A DNA stretch of 64,000 bases from Felis catus (taxonomy: Eukaryota), in assembly GCF_018350175.1 (NCBI RefSeq), contig NC_058382.1, positions 6,944,001 to 7,008,000 of the forward strand. Reading direction: 5' to 3'. Below the pieces are notes generated by a model. The model was not told the origin of the DNA, searched no databases, and saw nothing but the letters and a program-made list of their open reading frames with translations. How positions within the stretch are numbered: the first letter of the stretch is position 1; every line of letters begins with the position of its first letter. The translations under genes were made by a program, and so were the position numbers. This document shows, piece by piece, positions 11,015-23,596 of the stretch.

Positions 11015-12830
11015 ATTAATTAATCAATCAATTTTTAAATTTACATCCAAGTTAGTTAGCATATAGTGCAACAATGATTTCAGGAGTAGATTCCAGTGAT
11101 TCATCCCCTATGTATAACATCCAGTGCTCATCCCAACAAGTGTCTTCCTTAATGCCCCTTATACATTTAGCCATCCTCCCTCCCACAACCTCTCCAGTAA
11201 ACCTCTCTTTGTTCTTCATAATTAAGAGTCTCTTATGTTTTGTCCCCCTCCCTGTTTTTATATTATTTTTGCTTCCTTTCCCTGTGATCATCTGTTCTGT
11301 GTCTTAAATTCCTCATATGAGTGAAGTCATATGATATTTGTCTTTTTCTGACTAATTTTGCTTAACATAATAGTNNNNNNNNNNNNNNNNNNNNNNNNNN
11401 NNNNNNNNNNNNNNNNNNNNNNNNNNNNNNNNNNNNNNNNNNNNNNNNNNNNNNNNNNNNNNNNNNNNNNNNNNNNNNNNNNNNNNNNNNNNNNNNNNNN
11501 NNNNNNGCTATTGTTGATAGTGCTGCTATTAACATTGGGGTGCGTGTGTCTCTTTCAAACACTACACCTGTATCCTTTGGATAGATAACTACTAGTTCAA
11601 TTGCTGGGTCGTAGGGTAGTTCTATATTTTTAATTTTTTGAGTAACCTCCATACTGTTTTCCAGAGTGGCTGCACCAGTTTGCATTCTCACCAGCAGTGC
11701 AAAAGGGTTCCTCTTTCTCCACATCTTCGCCAACATCTGTTGTTGACTGAGTTGTTAATGTTAGCCATTCTGNNNNNNNNNNNNNNNNNNNNNNNNNNNN
11801 NNNNNNNNNNNNNNNNNNNNNNNNNNNNNNNNNNNNNNNNNNNNNNNNNNNNNNNNNNNNNNNNNNNNNNNNNNNNNNNNNNNNNNNNNNNNNNNNNNNN
11901 NNNNNNNNNNNNNNNCTGGATTATTTGTCTTTTGGATGTCGAGTTTGATAAGTTCTTTATAGATTTTGGATACTAACCCTTTATCTGATATGTCACTTGC
12001 AAATATCTTCTCCCATTCCGTTGGTTGCCTTTTAGTTTTACTGACTGTTTCCTTCTCTGTGCGGAACCTTTTTGTTTTGATGAGGTCCCAATAGTTCATT
12101 TTTGCTTTTGTTTCCCTTGCCTCCGGAGATGTGTTGAGTAAGAAGTTGCTGCGGCCATGATCAAACAGGTTTTTGCCAGCTTTCTCCTCTAGGATTTTGA
12201 AGGCTTCCTGTCTTCTGTTTAGGTCTTTCATCCATGTTGAGTTTCTTTTTGTGTATGGTGTAAGAAAGTGGTCCAGGTTCATTCTTCTGCATGCCGCTGT
12301 CCAGTTTTCCCAGCACCACTTGCTGAAGAGACTGTCTTTATTCCATNNNNNNNNNNNNNNNNNNNNNNNNNNNNNNNNNNNNNNNNNNNNNNNNNNNNNN
12401 NNNNNNNNNNNNNNNNNNNNNNNNNNNNNNNNNNNNNNNNNNNNNNNNNNNNNNNNNNNNNNNNNNNNNNNNNNNNNNNNCTTTGTAATACAGCTTGACA
12501 TCCAGGATTGTGTTGCCTCCAGCTTTGGTTTTCTTTTTCGGGATTGCTTTGGCTATTTGGGGTCTTTTCTGGTTCCATACAAATTTTAGGAGTGTTTGTT
12601 CTAGCTCTGTGAAGAATGCTGGTGTTATTTTGATAGGGATTGCATTGAATATGTAGATTGCTTTGGGTAGTATTGACAGTTTAACAATATTTGTTCTTCC
12701 AATCCAAGAGCTTGGAATATTTTTCCATTTTTTGGTGTGTCTTCTTCAATTTCTCTCATAAGCTTTCTATAGTTTTCAGTGTATAGACTTTTCACCCCTT
12801 TGGTTAGGTTTATTCCTAGGTCTTTTATGT
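11015..12830 (-). mobile_element. 5'-truncated carnivore L1, partly N-masked
   Basis: ORF2 fragments [37 protein letters not shown]. Confidence 0.92.
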
Positions 12831-13818
12831 TTTTTATTTATTTATTTTAAAGATTTTAATTTTTGTAAGTAATCTCTACACCCAACTCTCAACCCCAAGA
12901 TTAAGAGTTACAGAATCTACTGACTGAGCCAGCCAGGTGCTCCCCCACCCCCTTGAAGTTTTAATAACTGTTTTATTAAGATACAACTTATATAACACAA
13001 AATTAATTCATTGTAAGTGTACAGTTCAATGGCTTTTTTAGTAAATTTATAGAGTTGTGTAGTCATTGTCACACATTTTTATTAGCCTAAAGAGGACCCT
13101 TGTGCCCATTTGTAATCAATACCAGTCCTTTCACAGCTCCAGGAACTCATTGATCTGCTTTCAGTCTCTAATGAACTATTTTATGAATATTTCATATACA
13201 TCGAATCACATAATATAAAGTCTGTTGTGCCTGATATCTTTCACCAGACATTAGGTTTTTGAGGTCCAAACATGTTAGAGCACATGCCATTAGTTAGTGG
13301 CATTTTATTCTCAATGTTATTACATTCTATGAATATACACCACATTTCATTTATGCATTCACCAGCCGAGGGACATTTCAATCATTCCCAGTTTTGGCTT
13401 TTAAGAATAATGTTGCTGATTCCACTCCCATTCCTATTCTGGTTCAGGATGATAGAAACTCCATTCCAGTGGGATGAAGCAAGAATACAGGCGCCCTCTC
13501 CTCCAAGTCTGAAGTTGAGGGCCACGGCACCCTCCTATGAAAGGGCAGGTGGCTACCCCACTTCTCATCCCCTGCCAGCTACGTGTTGAAGACCCTAAAT
13601 TCCAGGTGAACACAGCTGAGAAGTTAGAGGCTCTCTTCTTCAAGCCGCCCCCTATCCACAGGGCAGAGGCTCTACCTCTGAATACTGGTACTGGTAGGGA
13701 AGGCATGATGGATAGTATTTTCTAGAATGACAGAAATGTTTAATAGCTTGACAAGGGTTTTAGTTACATGAATAAATGCCAGCTCACCAAGTGATGTCTC
13801 TGAGCTCCCAGGGGTATC

Positions 13819-14182
13819 TGTTTTAGTCAGTTCAGGCCGCTATAACAAAGCACCACACACTGGGTAGCTTATGGACAACAGAAATTTATTTCTCACAGTT
13901 CTGAAGGCTGAGAAATTCAAGACCAAGACACCGACATATCCGGTGTCTTGTGAGAACACACGTCCTGGTTCACGGAGGGCTTTTCACTTGTCCTCATGTG
14001 GCAGGAGGGGTAAGGGTGCCGTCTAGGGTCTCTTTTATAAGGGCACACAAATCTCATTCAGGAAACTCTACCCTCCTAACCTAATCACCTCCCAAAGGCC
14101 GCACCTCCAAATACCATGGCACCGGGATTCGGGCCTCAGCACTTGAATGTTGGGGGGAAGATACAGCATTCAGTCCATAGCA
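13819..14182 (-). mobile_element. MaLR solo LTR (MLT1A-like)
   Basis: tgttttagtcagttcaggccgctataacaaagcaccac...cattcagtccatagca matches the recalled MLT1A reverse consensus. Confidence 0.75.
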
Positions 14183-14637
14183 AAGGCTAAAGCCACATTT
14201 GGTAAATATTCGTGCAGTCATTCATGTTACTCTGGATTAGGGGCGGGGTGGGGGGGGGGCTGCTGTGTGGTCATTTTGTAGCTTAGACAGTGTTCTTGTT
14301 TATGTCTGTGTTAAGAGAGGACTATGGAGAATTCTCATTCTTAGCTTGTTCCATCTCAGTCACAGAGTGGACTCGTCTGGTGTGATATCCTGTGAGATTA
14401 AAATAAAATTTTTTTTTAGGTTTTTTATTTTTGAGAGAGAGAGAAAGAGATAGAGCACGAGTGGGGAGGGGCAAAGAGAGAGGGAGACATAGAATCTGAA
14501 GCAGGCTCCAGGCTCTGAACTGTCAGCACAGAGCCCGATGCGTGGCTTGAACTTGTGAACCTCGAGATCATGACCTGAGCCAAGGTCGGATGCTTAACCG
14601 ACTGAGCCACCCAAGTGTCCCATGATCATTTATATTT

Positions 14638-15624
14638 ATTTTATTTTATTATTTTATTTTATTATGTTTTTAAATTTATATCCAAATTAGTTAGCATACA
14701 GTGCAACAATGATTTCAGGAGTAGATTCCTTAATGCCCCTTACCTATTTAGCCCATCCCCTTCTCCCACAACCCCCCCAGTAACCCTCTGTTTGTTCTCC
14801 ATAATTGTCTCTTATGTTTTGTCCCCCTCCCTGTTTTTATATTATTTTTGCTTCCTTTCCCTTGTGTTCATCTGTTCTGTGTCTTAAATTCCTCATATGA
14901 GTGAAGTAATATGGTATGTCTTTCACTAATTTTGCTTAGCATAATACCCTCCAGTTCCATCCGCGTAGTTGCAAATGGCAAGATTTCATTCTTTTTGATT
15001 GCTGAGTAATACTTCATTGTATGTATATACCACATCCTCTTTATCCATTCATCCATTGATGGGCTTTTGGGCTCTTTCCATACTTTGGCTATTGTTGATA
15101 GTGCTGCTATAAACATGGGGGTGCATGTGTCCCTTCGAAACAGCATACCAGTATCCTTTGGATAAACACCTAGTAGTGCAATTGCTGGGTCGTAGGGTAG
15201 TTCTATTTTTAGTCTTTTGAGTAACCTCCATACTGTTTTCCAGAGTGGCTGCACCAGTTTGCATTCTCACCAGCAGTGCAAAAGAGATCCTCTTTCTCCG
15301 CATCCTCGCCAACATCTGTTGTTGCCTGAGTTGTTAATGTTAGCCATTCTGACTGATGTGAGGTGGTATCTCATTGTGGTTTTAACTTGTATTTCCCTGA
15401 TGATGAGTGATGTTGAGCATTCTTTCATGTGTCGGTTGGCCATCAGGATGTCTTCCTTGGAGAAGTGTCTATTCACGTCTTTTGCCCATTGCTTCACTGG
15501 ATTATTTGTTTTTTGGGTGTCGAGTTTGATACGTTCTTTATAGATTTTGAATACTGACCCTTTATCTGATACGTCATTTGCAAATATCTTCTCCTATTCT
15601 GTCGGTTGCTTTTTAGTTTTACTG
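14638..15624 (-). mobile_element. 5'-truncated carnivore L1 with 16-bp TSD
   Basis: ORF2 C-terminal fragments. TSD atgatcatttatattt at 14622-14637 and 15625-15640. Confidence 0.93.
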
Positions 15625-16076
15625 ATGATCATTTATATTTGATAGGAGAACACCGGGGCCTGGCTGTGAATGCCAGCAGGGTCTGCTTTACTCTTTATTA
15701 AAGGGGGAAAAAATGAAAATAATAGAGTAAAAAGATAGGAAGTTGAGAAGTAAATGGGGATCACATCACCGATAGACTTGGTTCTTCACGTAAAGAGCTG
15801 GCGTTTCACTTTGGAAAACGGATACTTCACACTGAGTGTCAAAACACACACCAGTGAGTAGCAACCACGTCTGATAATAAAATACTGAACCTGCAGCATT
15901 TTCCCTTTACTAGAAATTAGCGAATCCAAATGTATCCTAGATCAGTATTTCTCTCAGCATCTTGCTTTTTAATATGCCATCTTGACTTGAAGAGAAAAGG
16001 GAAGGCCCAGCTGAGGCTGCCTGTGTGTGATATTACACGACCCCAACCTAGACAGTGGGACCTGAGTAAGACCACA

Positions 16077-16438
16077 TGCTATAGACTGGGTCCCCCCAAA
16101 ACCTGTATGTTCAAACCTACCCACCAATGTGATGATGGTAAGAGGTGGTACCTTTAGGATGTGATTAGGTCATGAGGGTGGCGCCCTCATGAATGGGATT
16201 AGCGCCCTTGTGTAAAAGAGGCCCCAGAGACTCCCTTGCCCTTTCCACCACATGAGGGCATGGCGTTTTAGAAAATGGTCATCTGTGAACTAGAAAGTGG
16301 GCTCTCACCAGACATGGAATCTGCCAGCGCCTAGATCTTGGATTTCCAGCCTCCAGGACTGAGACAAGTGAGTGTTCCTTCCTTAAACCACCCAGTCTGT
16401 GGTAATTCTGTTATAGGGCTGGATGGATGCAGATAACA
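16077..16438 (+). mobile_element. MaLR solo LTR (MLT1A-like)
   Basis: tgctatagactg...gtcatgagggtggcgccctcatgaatgggattagcgccctt...gataaca. Confidence 0.75.
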
Positions 16439-16970
16439 CAGGAATGTGTTTTCTTATGCGGCCATCACATGGTGAGTGTGCCTGGGTGGGACTCCATTTG
16501 AGAATACTGTGTGAGCAGGGGCAGTACTGAAGTGTTTTAAATTTGGGGGAGGGTAGGGGCCCCTGGGCCGCTCAGTTGGTTGGGCCTCTGACTCCTGACT
16601 TTGGCTCAGGTGAGTTCGGTTCGTGAGTTCGAGCCCTGAGTTGGGCTCTGCATTGACAATGTAGAGCCTGGTTGGGATTCTCTCTCCCTGCCTCTGTCTC
16701 TGCCCCTCCTCCACTTGCTCTCTATCTCTCCCTCTCAAAATAAATAAAAATAAACTTTTAAAAAAAAATTGGGGGGGGGGGTTAGGGGCACCTGTGTGGC
16801 TCAGTCAGCTGAGTGTCTGGCTTCAGCTCAAGTCGTGATCTCATGGTTCACGGGTTTGAGCCCCATGTTGGCCTTTGGGCTGACAGGTAGGAAGCTTGCT
16901 TCCTCTCTCTCTTTCTCTCTCTCTCTTTCCGCCCCTCCCCCGCTCTCCCTTTCTCTCTCAAAAATAAATG

Positions 16971-17180
16971 GGGCGCCTGGGTGGCGCAGTCGGTTAAGCG
17001 TCCGACTTCAGCCAGGTCACGATCTCGCGGTCCGGGAGTTCGAGCCCCGCGTCAGGCTCTGGGCTGATGGCTCGGAGCTTGGAGCCTGTTTCCGATTCTG
17101 TGTCTCCCTCTCTCTCTGCCCCTCCCCCGTTCATGCTCTGTCTCTCTCTGTCCCAAAAATAAATAAACGTTGAAAAAAAA
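16971..17180 (+). mobile_element. Young feline SINEC_Fc copy. Same subfamily at 18620-18837(-), 31464-31690(+), 52916-53135(-). Dozens of older Can-SINEs occur across the window.
   Basis: tRNA-derived head ggggcgcctgggtggcgcagtcggttaagcgtccgacttcagccaggtcacgatctcgcgg, (CT)n, AATAAA/A tail. The 52916 copy has a 19-bp TSD catgaccttgatcttctca (52897-52915 and 53136-53154). Confidence 0.95.
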
Positions 17181-19699
17181 AAAAGAATTTGTACAAAAAT
17201 AAATAAACGTTAAATTAAAAAAATAAAATAAAATTATTTTGTGGCAGGGGAAGGAAGAAGAGTGGTTCCCGTGACTGCTTTAGTAGGCTCTCCCTGGCAG
17301 AGACTGTGTTTATTGAGGTGCAGTGAAAGGAGAAGTCATAATTTCGAGGTGCAGTGAGAACGAATGCAGCCTTTTGGGAAGAGCCCCGTTTGCAAGTGTG
17401 TGAGGCAGCGGAGAAATATTCCCCGAATTCTCCAGGACCAAGACCGCACAGACCCTGGTGCCTGGGGCTCCAGAGGGGTCGGTCGGAGCTGCGGGGACGG
17501 AGCGCCTCCTGGGGGCTACGTGCGGAGCTGCAATAGAGGCAACTGAAGCCCCCGGGACAGGTCGCGTGTGGGACAAGCGGCAGGAAGAGGCTGGTGTGTG
17601 TGCGTGTTGGGGGGCTGGTTTGTCTAAGATGCCCCCTTCCCCAGATAAAGGCTCCTCACCACCCTCAGGGCCTCCACTACAGCCAGACCTGGACTCTTCA
17701 TCCTGCACTGGGACCCCCCCGCCCCCGCATGGCTCTGGTCCTCAGGTCCACATCCCTGCACCCTCCTGGGGCAGAATCCTGAACTAATTACCTCTCTCTC
17801 TCTCCCCTCCCCAACCTCTCCTGCCCCTTTACCTACCCCCCCACCCCCACCCATCCACCTATCTACCTTTGACCCCATTGTGAGTTCAGGGGCGGAGGGA
17901 GCCTGAGCCCATGCTCAACATCTATTAATGAAAAGAGAGGGGAGGCTTGCAGGGATGGGTGTTTGTTCTAAAGGAATCTGTTCAGGGATGCCTTGGGGGC
18001 TCAGTCAGTTGATTTCTGCTGTGGTCAAGATGAGTTCAAGACCTAGGTGAGGCTCTGTGCTGACAGCCCGGAGCCTGCTTGGGATTCTCTCTCTCCCTCC
18101 CTCTCTGCCCCTCACCGGCTGGCTCTCCTTCTCCCAAAAATAAACATTTTCTTTTTTTAACGTTTATTTATTTTTGAGAGCGAGAGAGAGACAGAGTACA
18201 AGAAGGGATGGGGCAGAGAGAGAAGGAGGGAGACCCAGAATCTGACGCAGGGTCCAAGCTCCAAGCTGTCAGCACAGAGCTTGGTGCCAGGCTCAAACTC
18301 ACAAACTGGGAGATCGTGACCTCAGCCGAAGTCAGACGCTCAACAGAAGGAGCCACCCAGGTGCTCCTAAAATAAACATTTTTTTAAATTTATTTTTCTT
18401 AATTTTTTTAATGTTTATTTATTTCTGAGAGAGAGACAGAGCATGAATGGGGGAGGGTCAGAGAGAGAGGGATACACAGAATCTGAAGCAGGCTCCAGGC
18501 TCTGAGCTGTCAGCACAGAGCCCGATGGGGGGCTCGAACTCACAGACTGTGAGATCAGGACCTGAGTCGAAGTCAGAAGCTCAACCGACTGAGCCACCCA
18601 GGCGCCCCTGAACATTTTTTTTTATTTTTTTTTCAATGTTTATTTATTTTTGGGACAGAGAGAGACAGAGCATGAACGGGGGAGGGGCAGAGAGAGAGGG
18701 AGACACAGAATCGGAAACAGGCTCCAGGCTCCGAGCCATCAGCCCAGAGCCTGACGCGGGGCTCGAACTCACGGACTGCGAGATCATGACCTGGCTAAAG
18801 TCAGACGCTCAACCGACTGCGCCACCCAGACGCCCCTAAACATTTTTTTTAAATAAAGGAATACTTTCAGAAAAAATATGAACATTCTTTGGCCCAAAAA
18901 AGATTCTCGTGGCCTCAGCAAGCTGCTTGGCCCTTGTCTGGCCAAGGCTGGGGGATGGGCAGAGGTGATCTGGTCACACTGAGGAAGGGTGGAGAATTCT
19001 GAGGGGGCCCCAAGAAGCCACAGGAAATTCAGAAGGGTGTGGGGGTGGGGAAATGTTGGGGACAACTCTGAACTGAGAACAGTGGGAGGGGCAGCCATGG
19101 GAAGAGCATTCCTGGAAGTGACAACCCCAAGTGTCACACATCACTGTCCCCCAAGTGGGAACAAACTTAGTAAATGTGAGAAACAGAGCTGGGATCACTG
19201 GTGGAATGCAAAAGCAAAGCAAAAGAGGGTTCAAAGTGAGTTTGGGGAGGTCATCGGGAGACAGGGTGAGCAGTTTGGATTTTCTCCTAAATATAACAGG
19301 ACACCACTGCAACTTTTAAGTAAGAGAGGGACTCGGTCTGATTTATATTTGAAAACATTTTTTAATGTTTATTTATTTCTGAGAGAGAGAAAGAGAGAGC
19401 ACGGCAGCAGGGGAGGGGCAGAGAGAGAGAGAGGGAGACACAGAATTGGAAGCAGGCTCCAGGCTTCGAGCTGTCAGCACAGAGCTTAATTCGGGGCTCG
19501 AACTCACGAACCACGAGATCATGACCTGAGTTGAAGTCAGATGGGTAACTGACTGAGTCACCCAGGTGTCCCTAATTGAAAAGTAACTCTGGCTGCTGTG
19601 TTGACAAGGCACCATGGAGAGAGCAAACTAGAAGCAGGAATAATCAATCAGTCACTGCTGTCCTACAGATGAGCGAGGGTGATGGGTTGGACCCAGGAA

Positions 19700-20059
19700 G
19701 TGACTCTCCATTGAGGGTGATTCTGCCATCCAGGGGACAGGTGGCAATGTCTGGAGTGTTTTTAGTTGTCACAGCTAGGGTGGACGGGGTGCTACTGGCA
19801 TCTGAAGGCTGGAGGCCAGGGCTACTGATGAACATCCTGCCAGGGACCCCACCCCTCAGGAACTATTTGACTCAAAATGTCAGTAGTGCTGGTCAGCCTG
19901 GGTGGCTCAGTCTGTTGAGCATCCAACTCTTGATTTCGGCTCAGGTCATGATCTCATAGTCATGAGATTGAGCTCCAAGTGGGGGCTGCTTGAGATTCTC
20001 TCTCCGTTTCCCTTTGCCTTTCCCCTGTGCTCGCTCTCTAAATTTTTTTTTTTTTAATT

Positions 20060-20094
<35 letters not shown>

Positions 20095-20312
20095 CAAGGG
20101 AGGGGCAGAGACAGAGGGAGAGAGAGGATCCTAAGCAGGCTCCCGTGCTGTCAGTGTGGAGTCCAACACAGGGCTCTTCCCACAAATTGCGAAATCATGA
20201 CCTGAGCCCAAATGAAGTGTCAGATGCTTAGCCAACTGAGCCACCCAGGCAACTGCCCCAAATTGAAAAAAAAAAAAAAAAAGTGTCAGTGATGCTAAGA
20301 TTGAGACATCTT
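19700..20312 (+). mobile_element. MER20 (hAT) split by SINEs
   Basis: ggtgattctgccatccaggggacaggtggcaatgtctggag...ggtgctactggcatct...aaaatgtcagtagtg, with the terminal remnant at ~20281-20312. Confidence 0.7.
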
Positions 20313-21629
20313 GGATGAGAGTAATGAATGGTAGTGGGGTGGGGATAAGTGGACGGAATTTTTTTAATACCTAAGAAGTTGAGCTGATGGGTCTTGTGGG
20401 TAATTGTACATGGGAGTAAAGAAAGTAAAGAAAGTAAAGGAAGCCGTCAGGCCAATGCTCAGGTGTGGGCAGGGCTTGGTGCCGCATAATATTTAGAGAG
20501 ATGAAAAGCAGGCTTGTGGTGAGAAATAGTGCTGCATGATGCATGTTAAGCTTGAAATGCACACTGCAGATTCCTGAGTAGGTGTCTAATAGACAGGAAA
20601 GGGTCAGGGCTGAGATACAATTTACACTTATCAGCTCGTTTATTGTTGTGTTTTGTGGTTATCTATTTTGGCTTGCTTTTTATTTTTATTTTTGAAAGAG
20701 AGAGATAAAGAGAGTGAGCTGGGGAGAGGAACAGAGGGAAGGAGAGAGAGAGAATCCCAGGCAGTTTCCATGCTCAGCATGGAGCCCAACACAGAGCTCA
20801 ATCCCATGATCGTGAGATCATGACCTGAGCTGAAATCAAGAGTCAGACCTGGGTGCCTGGGTGGCTCAGTCATTTAAGTGTCTGACTTTAGCTCAGGTCA
20901 TGATCTCATGGTTCGTGGGTTTGAGCCCAGCATCAGGCTCTGTGCTGACAGCTCGGAGTCTGGAGTCTGCTTCCGATTTTGTGTCTCCCTCTCTCTCTGC
21001 TCATGCTCTCTGTGTCTCTTTCTCTCAAAAATAATTTAAAAAAGGGGCACCTGGGTGGCTCAGTCGGCTAAGCATCTGACTTCGGCCCAGGTCATGATCT
21101 CACCACTCGTGAGTTTGAGCCCGCATCAGGCTCTCTACGGTCAGCATGGAGCCCGCTTTGGTTCCTGTCTCCCTCTCTCTCTGCACCCGTCCCCCCAGCT
21201 TATGCTTTCTCACTGTCTCAAAAATAAACAAAAACATTAAAATAATAATAATTTTTAAAAAAAGAGTCAGACACTGAACTGGCTGAGCCACCCAGGCGTT
21301 TAACTTCATTTTGAAGAAATTTTAGACTCACAGGAGTTGCAAAGAAACGTACAGGGACATCCTGTGGACTCAAATCTCCCCCCTCCTCCGTGTTATCATC
21401 TTCCACAACTAAGTACAATCTGAAAATCAAGGAATTGTCTGCACACAATCAGGGCAAGCCCATGTCAAGACCCAGGCCTCCCTCCTCTGTGGGAGGCCCC
21501 TCCTCTGTGAGCTCCATGCTGTGATATCTCTAGACAAGAGCCTCCCCTGGGAAAAGGGACCCTGGCTCTCCCCTGATAGAGCCCAGGTTGGGCAGTGGGG
21601 ACCCGGATCAGAGTGCAGAAGGAGGTGGG

Positions 21630-22246
21630 TATTAGGGGCTGGATTGTGCCCCCTTTGCCCCGTTCATATGTTGAAGCCTTAACTCCAGTACCTGCGAATG
21701 TGACTGTATGTGGAGATAGGGCCTTTAAATGGGTAATTCAGTTAAAGCAAGGCCATAGAGCAAGCTCAAATCCAGTAGGCTGGTGTCCTTCTTCTTTTTT
21801 TTTTTTTTTTTATGTTTATCTATTTTGAGAGAGAGTGCAAGCAGGGAGGAGGCAGAGAGAGAGGGAGAGAGAAAGCATCCCAAGCAGGCTCCGTGCTGCC
21901 AGCCCAGAGCCTGACTTGGGGCTCGATCTCACAAACTGTGAAATCATGACCTGAGCTGAGATCAAGAGTTGGCCGACTGAACCACCCAGGCGCCCCAGGA
22001 CTGGTGTCCTTCTACGAAGAGATCAGGACACAGGCACACAAAGAGAGATGGCCATGTGAGAGCTCAGTGGGAAGATGATGTCTACACCCCAGGGAGAGAG
22101 ACCTGGGAAGCAACCAACCTGTTCTTCCAGCCCTACTGACAACCTTCATCTTGGACTCCAGCCTCCGAACTGCGGGCAAGATGTTTTCTGTCATTTGAGC
22201 TGTTCTGTCTGTGGTGCTTTGTTACGGCAGCCCAAGCACGTGACAC
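21630..22246 (+). mobile_element. MaLR LTR (MLT1B-like) interrupted by a SINE
   Basis: MLT1-type motifs. The SINE is flanked by TSD ctggtgtccttct at ~21780 and ~22001. Confidence 0.75.
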
Positions 22247-22713
22247 GAGAGCAAGGACAGAGGTGGCCACAGGCCACCTCCTCCAGGAGGCCTCTTCTGG
22301 TTCCCCAGGAAGAAGTGACCACGCCTTTGTCGTGAACATCTGTCCCAGCATCGGCTGGGGGGTGGCAGTGAGGGGAAGCAGTTACGAGCACTTCAGTGCT
22401 TTTCCATTTCTCAGAAGCTTCATTTACCAAACTGGGTCCCCTTGAGGGCAGACACCGTGACTGATTTGCCTGTGTCCTCAGGAGGCCGCGTGGCACCTGC
22501 ACACATCAGGTCCCAGGCACGGAGGTTGACTGTGGGGGCAGGTGCTCCCATCACAACAGGTATTACCAGCAGGTGCATCCAACCTTAGGACAGAAGAAGA
22601 AGGGGAGCTTGAGAGGTGGACTGAGGTCTTGGCATGGGTGCTTCCGGTGGACCTGGGGGCGGAAATCAGCGAGCCCTCCCAGTGAGGAGGAAGGGGTGGG
22701 ACTGACACCAGCC

Positions 22714-23090
22714 TAGGGGTACCAGATTTGGCAAATAAAAACACAAAGGCGCCCAGTTAAATTTGCATTTCGGATATGAACGCCGAATAATTTTAGTATA
22801 ACAATGTCCCGTTGTGATATGCGGGACATACTTCTAAAAAAAAAAAAAAATCATTCATCGTTTAACTGAAAGTCAACTTTAACTGGGGCACCTGGGTGGC
22901 CCAGTCGGTTAAGTGTCTGGCTTCAACTAGGGTCATGATGGCACGGTTCGTGAGTTGGAGCCCCTGATGGGGCTTTCTGCCGTCAGCACAGAGCCCGCTC
23001 CAGATCCTTTGTCCCCCTCTCTCTCTGGTCCTCCCCTGCTCTCTAAAGTCAACTTTAACTGGAGATTCTGAATTTTAACTGGCAAGACCC
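22714..23090. mobile_element. MER53-like palindromic MITE interrupted by a tail-less SINE
   Basis: gggtaccagatttggcaaataaaaacac..cccagttaaattt..gtccc..gggacatac..tttaactgg..ggcaagaccc. 18-bp TSD aaagtcaactttaactgg at 22869-22886 and 23045-23062. Confidence 0.75.
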
Positions 23091-23596
23091 GTCAGCCCCC
23101 CACCCCCCACAACCCCCTTCCTGCATCCACTCTTGCTGTTCCCCACTGCCCTCCTTCCCCAGGGGCCCCCGTCTGAAGAAAGGCTCATTGTACACTTTCA
23201 CTTCTGCTTCCTCAGCCACCTAAGGCCCAGCGGGAGAGCTCCGACCCTCCACCCACCCAGCCCCCATGGCCTCACCCACCTTCCACTCCCTCCCCCCCCC
23301 AGGGGACCCCCAGAAGGACCAGCTCTGCCATCCGGAGCACCCGGCAGCCTCCCCCCGCCCCGCCCCACCCCCCAGGAAAGATTCAGAGTCCTAGTGGGTG
23401 AGGTGGGGCTGGAGAGTGACAAGATGGGGCGGGGGGTGGGGGGGGGGAGGGGGGCGGGAGCGAGTGGGGGTGGGGCTCAGGACCGGTCACCTGGCCCCGG
23501 GTACAGCTTTCGCAACTGGCGGTTCCCCTTCCTCAGTGGAGGCGTCTGGGGGACGAGCCTGTGTGAGGGCAGGTCCAAGTGCACCCTCGTGCAGAG

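Noticed and set aside
11761-12501. 246-aa minus-strand ORF and similar ORFs at 8.4-8.8 and 14.9-15.5 kb
   Set aside because: Fragments of L1 ORF2 with frameshifts and N-runs; not host genes and not autonomous elements.
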